From NCBI GenBank assembly GCA_041937175.2, contig CP166615.1:4448001-4512000 (forward strand): a stretch of DNA of 64,000 nt. Direction: 5' to 3'. This DNA comes from Limnothrix sp. BL-A-16 (lineage in GTDB: Bacteria > Cyanobacteriota > Cyanobacteriia > CACIAM-69d). The notes below the pieces were generated by a model. It was not told the DNA's origin, ran no database searches, and saw only the letters and a program-made list of their open reading frames with translations. How positions within the stretch are numbered: the first letter of the stretch is position 1; the number at the start of each line of letters is the position of its first letter. Shown in pieces: positions 27,880-38,625 of this stretch. The position numbers and the translations under genes were made by a program.

Positions 27880-30705
27880 TTGAGCTTGCGATTGCCACTG
27901 CGAGTCATTTTAGTTGTGCCATTTGTGCTGCAAATTCTGACGGCCGTGGGACTCGTTGCTTTCTTTTCCTTTAAAAATGGTCAGCAAGCAGTACGAAACT
28001 TAGCCAGTCAGCTCATGGATAGCACCACCCAGCGAGTTGACTCAGAACTCAAGTCTTATCTGAAACTGCCTAAGCAATTGTTGGATGCCACTGCCAAAGC
28101 CGTCCTGACCAATCAATTAGATCTATCTAATCCACGAGCAAGGGAACTCTATTTTTGGCGGCAGTCCTCCGCATTTGAATCTATTAGCTATATTGGCTAC
28201 TTGTTGCCAGACGGTTCAGCGGCTGGGGCTGGAAGATGGATTAATCCCAAGGAGGTTACTCTGTATGAGTATCATGCCAAAAACAATCTATCTCAAGAAT
28301 ATAGTAGCGATCAGTATGGTCGCCGTTCTCAAGAATTGCAGCGTTATTTTGCCGACCCTCTTGATATTAATCAATCTTATGCAGAAGTTAAATATAGACG
28401 AGGATTCTCTTGGGGAACAGTTTATGAATATGCAGGAAAAAACTTGACTATTAATCCGAATTTATCTTCTGAGGTTGCTCAGGCGATCACTGATTCTAAT
28501 TATTACGTTGCTCTTGGTGCAATTTATCCACTATTTGATAAAAACAATAAAATTTCAGGGATGTTGTCAGTTGACCTGCAATTAGATCATATCAGTAAAT
28601 TTTTGCAGAATCTAAAAATCAGTCCATCTGGTTATATTTTCATTGTTGAACGCAATGGCCAATTAATTGCTAGCTCTGGTCGGCAACTGGTCTTTGCAAA
28701 ATTAGGCGATCAAAAAACACTTCGCTATAGCGTTAACAATATCCCTGACGCAACAATTCAGAACACGGCTCGAAAAGTTCAACAACAACTCGGCAACTTC
28801 CAAGAAATTCATCAGGGTCATACATTCATGACCTCAATTAATCAGCGCCAGCAATTTGTGCAAGTAACCCCCTGGCAGGATCCGGATGGCATCGATTGGC
28901 TCATCATTATCACAGTGCCAGAGTCAGATTTTATGGAGGCCATTGATGCCAACACACGCATGAGCCTATGGCTCTGTTTTGGGACGGCTGTAATCGTCAC
29001 TGTCTTGAGCATCTGCACGGCAAATTGGATCACCAACCCTGTTTTTAGCTTGCAGAGGGCAAGTAACGCGATCGCTAGTGGCAATCTTAATTTACTGATT
29101 AAGGAGAGTAATATTGTTGAGCTTCAAGGCTTGGCGAAATCTTTTAATCAAATGGCAACTCAGCTAAAGCATTCCTTTGAAGTTTTAGAGGATCGCGTGG
29201 CGGAAAGAACTGCGGAATTAGAAGCTGCAAAAATTGCGGCCGATGCAGCCAATCATGCCAAGAGTGAATTTCTGGCAAATATGAGCCATGAACTGCGAAC
29301 GCCACTGAATGGCATCTTAGGCTATGCCCAAATTTTGGCGCGATCGAAAGCGCTCACTGATAAAGATCTACATGGCATTGATGTTATTTATCAATGTGGT
29401 TCTCATTTGCTGACTCTCATTGAGGACATTCTGGATCTGGCTAAAATTGAAGCTCGAAAGCTGGAACTTGACCCAAAACCAGTTCACTTGGAAACTTTCC
29501 TCCAGGGGGTAATTGAAATTTGTCGAGTTCGTGCAGATCAAAAAAATATCGAATTTTACTATCAACCAGACCCTAATCTACCAATAGGAATTTTAGTAGA
29601 TGAAAAACGCTTAAGACAGGTACTCATTAATCTAATTGGTAATGCTATTAAATTTACTGATCATGGTTCCGTTACCTTAATGATTAATCGAGTGGTTTCT
29701 GACTCATCCCATCAGTCTCAGCTTGATTTAATCACTCAAGATCACTGCTGTTTGGAATTTAAAATTATTGATACAGGAATTGGTATTGCACCAAAAGATA
29801 TCCAGAAATTATTCCGATCCTTTGAGCAAGTGGGTGAATCAGGGCGAAAAACAGCAGGCACCGGTTTGGGCCTGGCGATTAGCCAAAAAATCGTCTCCCT
29901 GATGGGTGGAATGATTCAAATTAAGAGCCAACTGGGCGCAGGAAGTCAGTTTTTCTTTCAACTGAATGTTCCCCTGGCGACAGATTGGTTGCAGGAGTCG
30001 GTGCAATCCATGGGTGAAGTGGTGGGTTATCAAGGTCTGCAACGCTCCATTTTGATTGTTGATGACATTCCAGACAATCGAGCTGTTTTGCGGAATTTGT
30101 TGGAGCCAGTTGGCTTTGTAATCATAGAAGCGGATCAAGGACAACAGGCTTTACAGGAATTGGAACGTCAACCACCCGATTTGATCATTACGGATTTGTC
30201 AATGCCTGTAATGGATGGGTTTGAACTGATTCGACAGATCCGTCGTCATCAACAATGGGCTAGCTTAAAGGTCATTGTTTCGTCGGCCTCCGTGTCCCAG
30301 CTCGATCGACAAATGAGTTTAGATGTTGGTGGTGATGATTTTCTGGAAAAGCCCGTCAAGGCCGATCGCCTCTTTAGTCTTCTGGCTCAACATTTGGATG
30401 TGATTTGGCAACTGAAAAAGCAGGATTTAGCGCAGCCTGTGCCACTCGATAGCTCACAAAACCGAATCGCGCCCCCTCTCACGGAATTACAATCCTGGTT
30501 GTATTTGGTGCAGGTCGGTCGTCTTCAAAAGTTGGTCACTGCGGTGGAATCACTGCTGCAAAAATCTGCCACAACCCAAGATGAGCACCTGAATTCCGGT
30601 TCCTATGAGCCTTTTGCGCAAGATGTGCTGCATTTAGCTGAGCGGTTTAAATTAGAAGAGCTTGAAGAAATGATTCAGAATGCGATTGTTAATGCCCAGG
30701 ATTGA
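27880..30705 (+). CDS. Hybrid membrane sensor histidine kinase (TM-Cache-TM-HAMP-HisKA-HATPase-REC)
   Basis: Two TM segments, [15 protein letters not shown]-box, [21 protein letters not shown], receiver IVDD..TDLSMP..KP; TTG start. Confidence 0.92.
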   Translation: MSLRLPLRVILVVPFVLQILTAVGLVAFFSFKNGQQAVRNLASQLMDSTTQRVDSELKSYLKLPKQLLDATAKAVLTNQLDLSNPRARELYFWRQSSAFESISYIGYLLPDGSAAGAGRWINPKEVTLYEYHAKNNLSQEYSSDQYGRRSQELQRYFADPLDINQSYAEVKYRRGFSWGTVYEYAGKNLTINPNLSSEVAQAITDSNYYVALGAIYPLFDKNNKISGMLSVDLQLDHISKFLQNLKISPSGYIFIVERNGQLIASSGRQLVFAKLGDQKTLRYSVNNIPDATIQNTARKVQQQLGNFQEIHQGHTFMTSINQRQQFVQVTPWQDPDGIDWLIIITVPESDFMEAIDANTRMSLWLCFGTAVIVTVLSICTANWITNPVFSLQRASNAIASGNLNLLIKESNIVELQGLAKSFNQMATQLKHSFEVLEDRVAERTAELEAAKIAADAANHAKSEFLANMSHELRTPLNGILGYAQILARSKALTDKDLHGIDVIYQCGSHLLTLIEDILDLAKIEARKLELDPKPVHLETFLQGVIEICRVRADQKNIEFYYQPDPNLPIGILVDEKRLRQVLINLIGNAIKFTDHGSVTLMINRVVSDSSHQSQLDLITQDHCCLEFKIIDTGIGIAPKDIQKLFRSFEQVGESGRKTAGTGLGLAISQKIVSLMGGMIQIKSQLGAGSQFFFQLNVPLATDWLQESVQSMGEVVGYQGLQRSILIVDDIPDNRAVLRNLLEPVGFVIIEADQGQQALQELERQPPDLIITDLSMPVMDGFELIRQIRRHQQWASLKVIVSSASVSQLDRQMSLDVGGDDFLEKPVKADRLFSLLAQHLDVIWQLKKQDLAQPVPLDSSQNRIAPPLTELQSWLYLVQVGRLQKLVTAVESLLQKSATTQDEHLNSGSYEPFAQDVLHLAERFKLEELEEMIQNAIVNAQD

Positions 30706-31031
30706 TCCCCCGATCGCTACTATTCATAGGGACTAATGGGAATTTTGAACCAAGGCTTTGAAAGCCTCAAAATATCATTGATGAGTAACAATCCGTTAAT
30801 TGATCAAAAGCTTAGAGGAATTGAAGCTATGATCAATGAGCCAAAAATCCATGCATTGACATTTGATGTATCAAAGATAACGTTCAATGTCAAAAATTAT
30901 ACCTGGCTAAATGTGAGTTTGATCAAATTAAAACTTAATTAAAGAAATATAAATTGTAAATTAGGCGCAAATTGACGCTTTGATTAATTATTTTTGATTG
31001 AAAGATCACTGTTGACTGGCTGGGTTGCCTG

Positions 31032-32321
31032 ATGCGAACTATGACGGATCTTGTGTTGATTGTTGATGACACACCTACTAATTTAGATGTGTTGTCTTTG
31101 ACCTTGAGTAATTCAGGATTTGAGGTGGCGATCGCAACGAGTGGTGAACGTGCTTTGCAGCAAGTTGCCAGGTGTTTGCCCAGCCTGATTTTGCTGGATG
31201 TCATGATGCCGGGACTGGATGGATTTGAAACCTGTCGCCGGTTAAAAGAAAATCCTGAAACTGCTCAAGTGCCGGTTATTTTTATGACCGCGCTCACGGA
31301 TATTAAAAGCAAGATGCGTGGGCTGGAAGTTGGAGCCGTTGACTATATTACAAAACCGTTTCACACCAAAGAAGTACTGGCTCGAATTAGAACCCATTTA
31401 AGGCTTTATCATTTAACAGAAAAGTTAGCCCAAGAAGTTGAAAACGCGACCGCTGAGCTACGAGCCTCGCAGATGCAGCTTGTGCAGAGTGAGAAAATGT
31501 CTGCACTGGGAAGCCTCATTGCTGGTGTGGCCCATGAAATCAATAATCCTGTGGGCTGCATTCTCGGAAATATTCAGTTGGCAGAAGATGCGCTAAATGA
31601 TTTATTCAAAGTGATTAGAGGCTATCAACAGGAGCTGAAGGAACCGAGTCTTGAGCTATTGAAATTGCTGGCTCAGATCGATTTGGATTATTTACAGGAA
31701 GATTTGCCAAAGTTGCTGAATTCGATTAAAGGCAGTGGTGAAAGAATTACGACAATTAGTCGTAGTCTGCGAACTTTTTCTAGAATGGGAAGCGATCGCC
31801 CACAGCTTTTTAATGTGCATGATGGTATTGACAGTACATTGATGATTTTGCGCCATCGACTAATTTATAAGAAAGGCCGTCCGGTCATCGAAGTGGTGAC
31901 AGATTATGGCGAAATCCCAGATATTTTGTGTTTTCCAGATCAGTTAAATCAAGTTTTTATGAATATTTTAGCGAATGCCATTGACGCGCTGGATGAAATG
32001 GTCAGTGATTGGCAAGAGGCTAATTCGCTACCAGATGTACTGAAAATTACAATTAGGACTCGGGTTGATGGCGAGTTTTTGTCTATTAAGATTAGTGATA
32101 ACGGCAAGGGAATTCCAGAGAAAATTAAGCCCCGAATCTTTGAGCATTTGTTTACGACGAAGCAAATTGGCAAAGGAACGGGTTTGGGACTGGCGATCGC
32201 CCATCAAATTGTGACTGAAAAGCACCTGGGCACTTTGACGGTGGAGTCTCAAGTGGGGCAAGGTACTGAGTTTGAAATTCGCTTGCCCACTCAGCTAGAC
32301 GTTGAACCTGAGCCTGCTTAA
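31032..32321 (+). CDS. Hybrid response regulator/histidine kinase (REC-HisKA-HATPase)
   Basis: IVDDTPTN, LLDVMMP, TKPF; SEKMSALG..AHEINNP; DNGKG, FTTK..GKGTGLGL. Confidence 0.93.
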   Translation: MRTMTDLVLIVDDTPTNLDVLSLTLSNSGFEVAIATSGERALQQVARCLPSLILLDVMMPGLDGFETCRRLKENPETAQVPVIFMTALTDIKSKMRGLEVGAVDYITKPFHTKEVLARIRTHLRLYHLTEKLAQEVENATAELRASQMQLVQSEKMSALGSLIAGVAHEINNPVGCILGNIQLAEDALNDLFKVIRGYQQELKEPSLELLKLLAQIDLDYLQEDLPKLLNSIKGSGERITTISRSLRTFSRMGSDRPQLFNVHDGIDSTLMILRHRLIYKKGRPVIEVVTDYGEIPDILCFPDQLNQVFMNILANAIDALDEMVSDWQEANSLPDVLKITIRTRVDGEFLSIKISDNGKGIPEKIKPRIFEHLFTTKQIGKGTGLGLAIAHQIVTEKHLGTLTVESQVGQGTEFEIRLPTQLDVEPEPA

Positions 32322-32411
32322 TGGCTGGGCTGCTGAGAATTTGAGGGATTGTTGAGCACCAGATGCGTGGCTTGGGTGGTTCCCCCATGCATAGGCAGCC
32401 GGTGCTCAGAT

Positions 32412-33104
32412 TTAGCTTTTGGTGAGACCATGCTCCAGGGCAAAGCGGACTAATTCGGTGCGGCTGTTAGTGCCGGTTTTGCTGAATAGGCGGCTGACGT
32501 ACTTTTCCACATTGCGCACGCTGGTATCTAACCGGCGGGCAATTTCCTTGTTCATTAGCCCCTCGGCTACCAAATTCAAAACGCTTTGTTCCCGAGGGGT
32601 CAAGTCCACGGCGATCGGGGGCGGGGTGGGGGTGATGCCGCCGCGTTGGGTCAAGATGGCTTTGATTTCCGCAATTTGCCGAGCCAAATCAGCAATGTCA
32701 TGCTCACCATCGCCGGTTGGGGCGGTCACTTCGTCCCGTCGGCGCAGCAGGTTTTCGACGATCGCCACCAGTTCATCGGGGTCAAAGGGTTTGGATAAAT
32801 AGGCATCGCAACCGGCGCTATAGCCTTGGATGCGATCGCCCGTCATGCCCTTGGCGGTCAAGAAAACCACGGGAATCGATCGAAACCGGGCATCATCCCG
32901 CAACTGCTGCAAAAACTGGTAGCCATCCACCTTGGGCATCATCACATCGGAAATGACGAGATCCGGGGCAAATTGCTGCACCATTTCCCATCCTTCGGTG
33001 GCATCGCGGGCAACGCGCACCGTGAAACCACTGTCCTCTAGGTAGGCTTGCACCGCTTCCCGGAGGCTGGGTTCATCATCAACTAACAGCAATTGAGCAG
33101 ACAT
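32412..33104 (-). CDS. ycf29: NarL/LuxR-family response regulator (Ycf29/Rre1-like)
   Basis: LLVDDEP receiver plus LTPREQSVL..VAEGLMNKEIARRLDTSVRNVEKYVSRLFSKTGTNSRTELVRFAL. Confidence 0.88.
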   Translation of the reverse strand: MSAQLLLVDDEPSLREAVQAYLEDSGFTVRVARDATEGWEMVQQFAPDLVISDVMMPKVDGYQFLQQLRDDARFRSIPVVFLTAKGMTGDRIQGYSAGCDAYLSKPFDPDELVAIVENLLRRRDEVTAPTGDGEHDIADLARQIAEIKAILTQRGGITPTPPPIAVDLTPREQSVLNLVAEGLMNKEIARRLDTSVRNVEKYVSRLFSKTGTNSRTELVRFALEHGLTKS

Positions 33105-33200
33105 GGGACTGAGAAAAAAGGAAGGAGGAACGGAAAAAGCGGGACAACGGGGACAACCACTAGCCCAGGGGCCGATCGAGTCGGTTGGGAATCCTGAATC

Positions 33201-34124
33201 CTAGCCTAGCGGTTGTGGGTGCAGGGCTATCGATCGCGTGGTGGCGTTCGTGGCTGGGTTGCGCTGGGCCAGGGCGGCCCAGGTGGGCGCATCTGCCAGG
33301 CCGGTGGGGGCCAAACCCCGATCGCCCTGGAACTGATGCAGGGCGGTGGCGGTGGTTGCGTCAAAGTGGCCGGTGATGCGGTGGTCAAAGTAGCCTCGGC
33401 AGCGGAGGCGGGCTTGCAGTTCGGCCACCCAAGGCCCCCGATCGCCCGTTTGCAGGGGCCGATCGGGCCGGATCGGCGCAACGGTGGGTCTGGGGGGTGG
33501 GCTGGGCCGTTGGGGGTTGCCTTCCACCCAACGCCAAACCCTGGCATCGGCAATGCCGGTGATCGACACACCCCAGGCCCGCTGTAACTTGCGAACGGCT
33601 CGATCGGTCAAGGGGCCGTAATAACCCGGTTGATAGGGCGCGCGCAACAGGCCCTGGCGCTGGAGGGCGGCTTGCAGAATAGCCACGCGATCGCCCCGCT
33701 GACCGGGATAGAGGGTCGATCGGCTGGGGGGCGCTTGTCCTTGGGGCCAAGGGTCGGCCGGCAAAGGACGCGCGGGAGTTGCTTGCCGATCGCGGCTAAT
33801 AGTTTTGGCCAGGCGATCGACGGCGTGATTGGCGCTGGTGGGTGTTGTGTCCGGTGGCAAGGGGCGATCGTAGCCGGGCCCGTAGGCCAAGCCGCGATAT
33901 TTCAGCACCACCGATCGGGGCCAGGGCCAAGCCGCCAACCCTGCCGCCAGCATTGAGCGCCCCGCTTGCAGCACAAACTCACAGCCTCGGTATTTGCCGA
34001 AATATTGGCCGATCGTCGCGGAATCACTGACCCTAGATGGCAGCATCGAGGGGCGATCGGGTTTGTCCGGGGCAATGCTGGGGGCCGGGCGTTGATAGGC
34101 CAGACCTCGATATTTCAACTCCAT
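33201..34124 (-). CDS. DUF4278-like N-terminus fused to two peptidoglycan-binding (PG_binding_1) domains
   Basis: Three (L/G)KYRG motifs at the N-terminus; LYPGQRGDRVAILQAAL..GYYGPLTDRAVRKLQ and LQTGDRGPWVAELQARL..FDATTATALHQFQ repeats. Confidence 0.75.
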   Translation of the reverse strand: MELKYRGLAYQRPAPSIAPDKPDRPSMLPSRVSDSATIGQYFGKYRGCEFVLQAGRSMLAAGLAAWPWPRSVVLKYRGLAYGPGYDRPLPPDTTPTSANHAVDRLAKTISRDRQATPARPLPADPWPQGQAPPSRSTLYPGQRGDRVAILQAALQRQGLLRAPYQPGYYGPLTDRAVRKLQRAWGVSITGIADARVWRWVEGNPQRPSPPPRPTVAPIRPDRPLQTGDRGPWVAELQARLRCRGYFDHRITGHFDATTATALHQFQGDRGLAPTGLADAPTWAALAQRNPATNATTRSIALHPQPLG

Positions 34125-34160
34125 GCCTTGATTTAATCCGATGGCGAAACGGGATGCCAA

Positions 34161-35126
34161 TTACCGATTGGCTCCGCTGATTCCTGGCCGGCCGTACTGG
34201 CGCAAAATATCCGCCAGGGTGGGATAGGCCGTTTCCAGGCCAAAGCTGGCCGGCGACCAAACTTGGTCATAGGTAAAGTGCCGGTAGGCCATGCAGAACC
34301 GATCCCAAGGGCCCATCTGAATGTTGAACCAGTCAATTAGCCGATCGGCCAAGCCCACCGACAGGGGAATTTTTAGCCGCGCCGGTCGCCCCTTCAGCAC
34401 CGTGGAGGCAATGTCCACCAGTTCATTGGCCGTGAGGGCCGGCTGACCCAAAACAAAATGGCGCGGCCCCGGTTCCGTCGGTGGATTGAGGGCCAAATGG
34501 GCCACCACCCGGGCAATATCCGCCGCATGGACAAAGTGAAAACTACCGTCCACCTGTAGCCGCCGGATTAAGCTGATGTAGCGCAGGGCTTCCGGCAGGC
34601 CTTTGGTGGGTTCCGAGTAGGGTTTATCGCGATCGCCCCCGAGCACGATCGTCGGATAAACGGCGGTGATTCGATCGGCCAGCGCGCGATCGGTCAATTG
34701 CTGGGTGCATTCCGCCTTGCTGCGAATGTAGTCCGTGCCGAGTTGCAGGGCTTCCGAGAGCAAATGCCCGTCGCGCCCAAGCACGCTAGCCGTGGAGAAA
34801 TACAAAACCTGATCGCAGCGATCGGGAGCCAGCCCATCCATCAGCGCTTGGTTTTGACCCACGTTCACCGCAAAGGTTTCGGGCCCGCCCCAGCAGGTGG
34901 CCGCCAGAATTGCCGTTTGCACCTGTTTCAGGCGATCGGCAAAGCGATCAAGCTCCCGCAAATCCCCTGCCAGCACCTCAATTTGCGGGTGATTTTGCCA
35001 ATCAAATTGCAACTTTTCGGGACTGCGCACCAACAACCACAGGGGGCGATCGGTCAATTGCAACAGGCGATCAACCAAGTAATGGCCCACACAGCCGCTC
35101 GCCCCCGTGATCAAAATCGGCCCCAT
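34161..35126 (-). CDS. NAD(P)-dependent epimerase/dehydratase family oxidoreductase
   Basis: ILITGASGCVG Rossmann motif, YFSTAS, YIRSK catalytic YxxxK-like segment, SFHFVHAADIA. Confidence 0.9.
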   Translation of the reverse strand: MGPILITGASGCVGHYLVDRLLQLTDRPLWLLVRSPEKLQFDWQNHPQIEVLAGDLRELDRFADRLKQVQTAILAATCWGGPETFAVNVGQNQALMDGLAPDRCDQVLYFSTASVLGRDGHLLSEALQLGTDYIRSKAECTQQLTDRALADRITAVYPTIVLGGDRDKPYSEPTKGLPEALRYISLIRRLQVDGSFHFVHAADIARVVAHLALNPPTEPGPRHFVLGQPALTANELVDIASTVLKGRPARLKIPLSVGLADRLIDWFNIQMGPWDRFCMAYRHFTYDQVWSPASFGLETAYPTLADILRQYGRPGISGANR

Positions 35127-35228
35127 ATGGCTTGGTTGCTCCCCGCCCCGATCGGCTTGTGCTGAATCAGATCAAGCAATCTTAACAGACCGCTGTAAAT
35201 CCCTCACAATCGCGACGACACAAGGGCT

Positions 35229-35864
35229 TCAGCAGCCGCAGCGATCGCTCCGCTGGCCCCACCGTTGCCCGCGCCCCGAACCATGGCCCCGGCGATAGCG
35301 ACCTTGGCCACAGCCGCCACCCGCGACGGCCACCATTTCCGCCGATTCTGGCCAATGTTCGGCAGGGCTGGAAGGGGCTAGGTCGATCGTGATCCAGGCG
35401 GTTTCTGGGGTAACGGCGATCGATGGGGATGATTGAACCGGCCCACCCGAAGCCGAGCGATCGGCACAACGTTGGAAAGCCTGCAGGTGATTTTGTTGGG
35501 AAGCCCGCTGCAAATTCAAAAACACCCGCTGCACGTCGGGATAGTTGCGCGTGGCTGCCAGCAACCGCCGATACATTTCAGCATTTTCAATTTCACCTGC
35601 AACCCCCGCTTGGCAGGCCGCCGCGATCGATTCTGGGGAAGTGACCCGTTGGGGCCATTCATCCACAGGAACAGGAATGTTGTATTTCCAGAACAACGGC
35701 AGCAGGGCCCGAATATGTCGTTCTTCGGAAGCCAAAATGTTAACAAAAGGACGGATCGGGCCAAATTTCTGAATGACCAGTCGATAGGTGGCTCGGGCCT
35801 TAAATTCATCATTCAAAGCTTCAATTAATGCCGCAGCCAATACCGCTTGCATTGCAATCTCCAT
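35229..35864 (-). CDS. Ferritin-like four-helix-bundle protein with Gly/Arg/Cys-rich tail
   Basis: EALNDEFKARATY, SEERH (ExxH), GEIENAEMY, RASQQNHL di-metal-type pattern. Confidence 0.75.
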   Translation of the reverse strand: MEIAMQAVLAAALIEALNDEFKARATYRLVIQKFGPIRPFVNILASEERHIRALLPLFWKYNIPVPVDEWPQRVTSPESIAAACQAGVAGEIENAEMYRRLLAATRNYPDVQRVFLNLQRASQQNHLQAFQRCADRSASGGPVQSSPSIAVTPETAWITIDLAPSSPAEHWPESAEMVAVAGGGCGQGRYRRGHGSGRGQRWGQRSDRCGC

Positions 35865-35907
35865 TGATAAAAATTGTTAAATGAATCACCGACATTTTGT
35901 AGAAACA

Positions 35908-35932
35908 AACCTACCCAGAAACTGGGTAGGTT
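35908..35932. terminator. Perfect 11-bp stem hairpin between feoA and the ferritin-like gene
   Basis: AACCTACCCAG-AAA-CTGGGTAGGTT; T-rich continuation on the minus strand. Confidence 0.5.
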
Positions 35933-35978
35933 CAGAGGAAGGCGAATAGGAGTGGGTGCTAAAAATTAGCGATGGGAG

Positions 35979-36209
35979 TTAAGCAGTTTGTTCTGGCGTG
36001 ACAAAAATGCATTGCACCGTTTCCCGATCGAGTGCGGCCCGGGTGCGACCAATGCTGACGATATAGGACGGAAACCGCTGCTCGATCGCAATTTGATTTC
36101 CCGGCAAAATGCCCAGCGCTGTGAGTTTGCGGAGCATGGCATCATCCTGGGTTTCCAAATGGGCAATCCAATGGGGATCGCTCGATCGAATCGTGGATAA
36201 AGCATTCAT
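35979..36209 (-). CDS. feoA: Ferrous iron transport protein A
   Basis: LRKLTALGILPGNQI..QRFPSYIVSIGRTRAALD SH3-like FeoA pattern; downstream of the feoB halves. Confidence 0.9.
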   Translation of the reverse strand: MNALSTIRSSDPHWIAHLETQDDAMLRKLTALGILPGNQIAIEQRFPSYIVSIGRTRAALDRETVQCIFVTPEQTA

Positions 36210-36302
36210 GGCAATCAGTCTCCAGAGGTGAAAAACAGGTTAGGACGAATAGGATTGCTCAGGGTTGAAAAGGTTGATTTTCTATAGCCTAATCGTCCTA
36301 GA

Positions 36303-36389
36303 CAAGGGGCTTAAGCCCCTTGCTTCCCACGAGCCGCTAACGGCAGATCTAGGGCTTCGGTCTAAAGACGACAGGCCCTAAGCCCCTTG
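36303..36389. repeat. REP-like palindrome CAAGGGGCTTAAGCCCCTTG plus a degenerate second copy
   Basis: Perfect 20-bp palindrome at 36303-36322; partial copy CCTAAGCCCCTTG ending at 36389. Confidence 0.6.
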
Positions 36390-36472
36390 CCCCCCGAGAT
36401 CTTGCAATGGCAGGATGCAAGCCTCGGGGATTGGATCATAACCCCTACACCCAGCGTTCAAGCATCACTGCC

Positions 36473-37927
36473 CTAGAGCGCAATATGAAATAGGTTCAAA
36501 CCCCAATTCAAAACATAGCCAACCGCCAAAGCGAAGGGGAAAATAAACAACACCATGAGCGTTGCAGTTTTGACTCCTCGCTCCTTGATGATCATCTGCA
36601 ATTGGGCAATGCAGGGCAAAAACAGCGTCAGCACCACCGCCGAAATCAGCAGTTGATCGCCCGTGAGCTGGCCGCCTTGCTGCAAATCAAACAAACCCGC
36701 AGCACCATAATCCCGCCGGAAGAATCCATAGAGCAAAATGGGTGCGGTTGCTTTAGGCAAACCCAAGCCTAGGGCGATCGGTTCAATGCCGCTAATCAGC
36801 CAATCAAAAATCCCCGTTAAGCGACCCACCCAAATAATGACCGAAGCCCAAATAAACAGCGGCAGAACTTCCCAGAAATACCACTTCATCCGCACCCAGG
36901 TTTTGGTGATCACGTTGCGGATTTTGGGCAAGCGCAAAGGGGGCAGTTCAATATAAAACTGAGCGGCAGAACCGGGCAGGAATTTATCAATTAAAAAGCC
37001 GGCCAGCAGGAAAATACCCACAATCAACCCAGCCCAGGCGACCAAGGCCGCCGGGCGCTGGGCCAAGAGACCCAAAATCACGCCCCATTGGGCTGCGCAG
37101 GGAATGGCCAAGGACAGCAAAAAGGTGGCGATCAGTCGTTCCCGCTTGGTTTCCAGGGTGCGGGTGACAATCGTGGCCATGGTGTCGCAGCCTAGCCCCA
37201 GCACGATCGGGATCACGGCTCGGCCCGAGAGACCGATCGCCTTAAATAGTCGATCGAGCATCAGGGATAAACGAGGCAAATAGCCGCTATCTTCCAGCAA
37301 GGAAAACATTAGAAAATAGGTCGCCACCACCGGCAACACGATCGCCGTGGCATAGCGAATCCCGAGGGTAATAATCCCGTACTCATGGGCAAAGAGATCC
37401 TGCAACGCGGTCCAGGGAATCACTTGCTCCGTGACATGGTTCACAACGGGGTTGATTTGTTCCTCAAAGAAGGTTTCGATCCGATCGACCAGTTCCCCGG
37501 CTCCGAATTCCCCAACGAATTTATAAACCCCCCAATAGAGCACCAACACCAAAATGGGGAAGCCCGAAATGGGGTTCACCGTTAGCTTGTGAATCCATTC
37601 GCCCCAACGGCGCTGGCTGGGGTTCGGTTCTGCTAAGGTGTTTTGTTCGATTACCTGGGCAAATCCTTGGCGGGTCTGGGCAATTTCCAGCGAAAGCGGT
37701 CGGTTGAGTTGGGCTTGGGTTGTGGCGATTAATTGCTCTAGATCCTGTTGTCGATCGCCCGGTAATTGCTCCCACAAATTGGGGTCTTTTTGCAGCAACA
37801 ACAGGGCAAAGCTGCGGGATGACAAATGGCGATCGGCAAAGTCTTGGCCCCAGCCCGATCGCCACCAAGTTTCAATTTGGGCGATCGCCACTTCGATCGG
37901 CTCTAAATATTGGATTGTTAGACTCAT
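36473..37927 (-). CDS. feoB: FeoB membrane (gate/nucleoside-recognition) half
   Basis: LLEDSGYLPR, GLGCDTMA, IPCAAQ, ELPP.RLP, FLPCIA; many TM helices; no GTPase domain. Confidence 0.9.
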   Translation of the reverse strand: MSLTIQYLEPIEVAIAQIETWWRSGWGQDFADRHLSSRSFALLLLQKDPNLWEQLPGDRQQDLEQLIATTQAQLNRPLSLEIAQTRQGFAQVIEQNTLAEPNPSQRRWGEWIHKLTVNPISGFPILVLVLYWGVYKFVGEFGAGELVDRIETFFEEQINPVVNHVTEQVIPWTALQDLFAHEYGIITLGIRYATAIVLPVVATYFLMFSLLEDSGYLPRLSLMLDRLFKAIGLSGRAVIPIVLGLGCDTMATIVTRTLETKRERLIATFLLSLAIPCAAQWGVILGLLAQRPAALVAWAGLIVGIFLLAGFLIDKFLPGSAAQFYIELPPLRLPKIRNVITKTWVRMKWYFWEVLPLFIWASVIIWVGRLTGIFDWLISGIEPIALGLGLPKATAPILLYGFFRRDYGAAGLFDLQQGGQLTGDQLLISAVVLTLFLPCIAQLQMIIKERGVKTATLMVLFIFPFALAVGYVLNWGLNLFHIAL

Positions 37928-37995
37928 TTCTGTTTTCTATTGGCCTGCTCCTGGGCGGCCTTGATAGTTCAGCAATCGTTCAGCGATGGCACGCT

Positions 37996-38625
37996 CTAGC
38001 CCACCGCTGCCAAAACTGGGGCTGGGGCGCTGGCTAGGCGATCGGCCAGGGCTTCTCGCAATTGATCCACGCCCCAATTGCGGGCCGCCGCCATTAGCAC
38101 CACCGGCACGCCCAACTTTTCGATTAGGGCTTCCCGATCGATGGTCAGGCCCCAACGCTGGGCCTCGTCCATCATGTTCACCGCCACAATCACGGGCAGC
38201 TCTGCTTCTAGCAACTGCACCGTTAGCGCCAACATGCGCCCTAAATTCTTGGCATCCAGCACATGGACGATCGCCCCAAAGGGTTCCGACATCAGTAAGT
38301 CCCGCGCTACCCGTTCCTCTTCACTGATCGGCAGCAGGGAATACATCCCCGGCGTATCAATCACGCTGACGGCGCGATCGTCCAGGGTCATGGCCCCGCG
38401 AGTCACTTCCACCGTTGTGCCGGGATAGTTAGACACCGTGACGTAAGTGCCAGTCAGGGCATGGAACAGGACGGATTTGCCCACATTCGGCATTCCCACC
38501 AGGGCAATTTGCGGCCCGCTTGGTTCGATCGGGGGCCGGTTGAAGTTTTCACCAAAAGGCAACCACCGTAGCGATCGCTTAGATCCACAACTTCCGTTGT
38601 TTTGATGGCACTGATGACAATCCAT
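37996..38625 (-). CDS. FeoB N-terminal GTPase domain as a stand-alone protein
   Basis: G1 GMPNVGKS, G2 NYPGTT, G3 DTPG, G4 NMMDE; N-terminal CHQC..CG extension; start chosen at MDCHQC. Confidence 0.9.
   Translation of the reverse strand: MDCHQCHQNNGSCGSKRSLRWLPFGENFNRPPIEPSGPQIALVGMPNVGKSVLFHALTGTYVTVSNYPGTTVEVTRGAMTLDDRAVSVIDTPGMYSLLPISEEERVARDLLMSEPFGAIVHVLDAKNLGRMLALTVQLLEAELPVIVAVNMMDEAQRWGLTIDREALIEKLGVPVVLMAAARNWGVDQLREALADRLASAPAPVLAAVG

Noticed and set aside
34125..34160. Glutamine riboswitch upstream of the DUF4278-like gene
   Set aside because: Only ~36 bp of intergenic space and no motif I could recognise.
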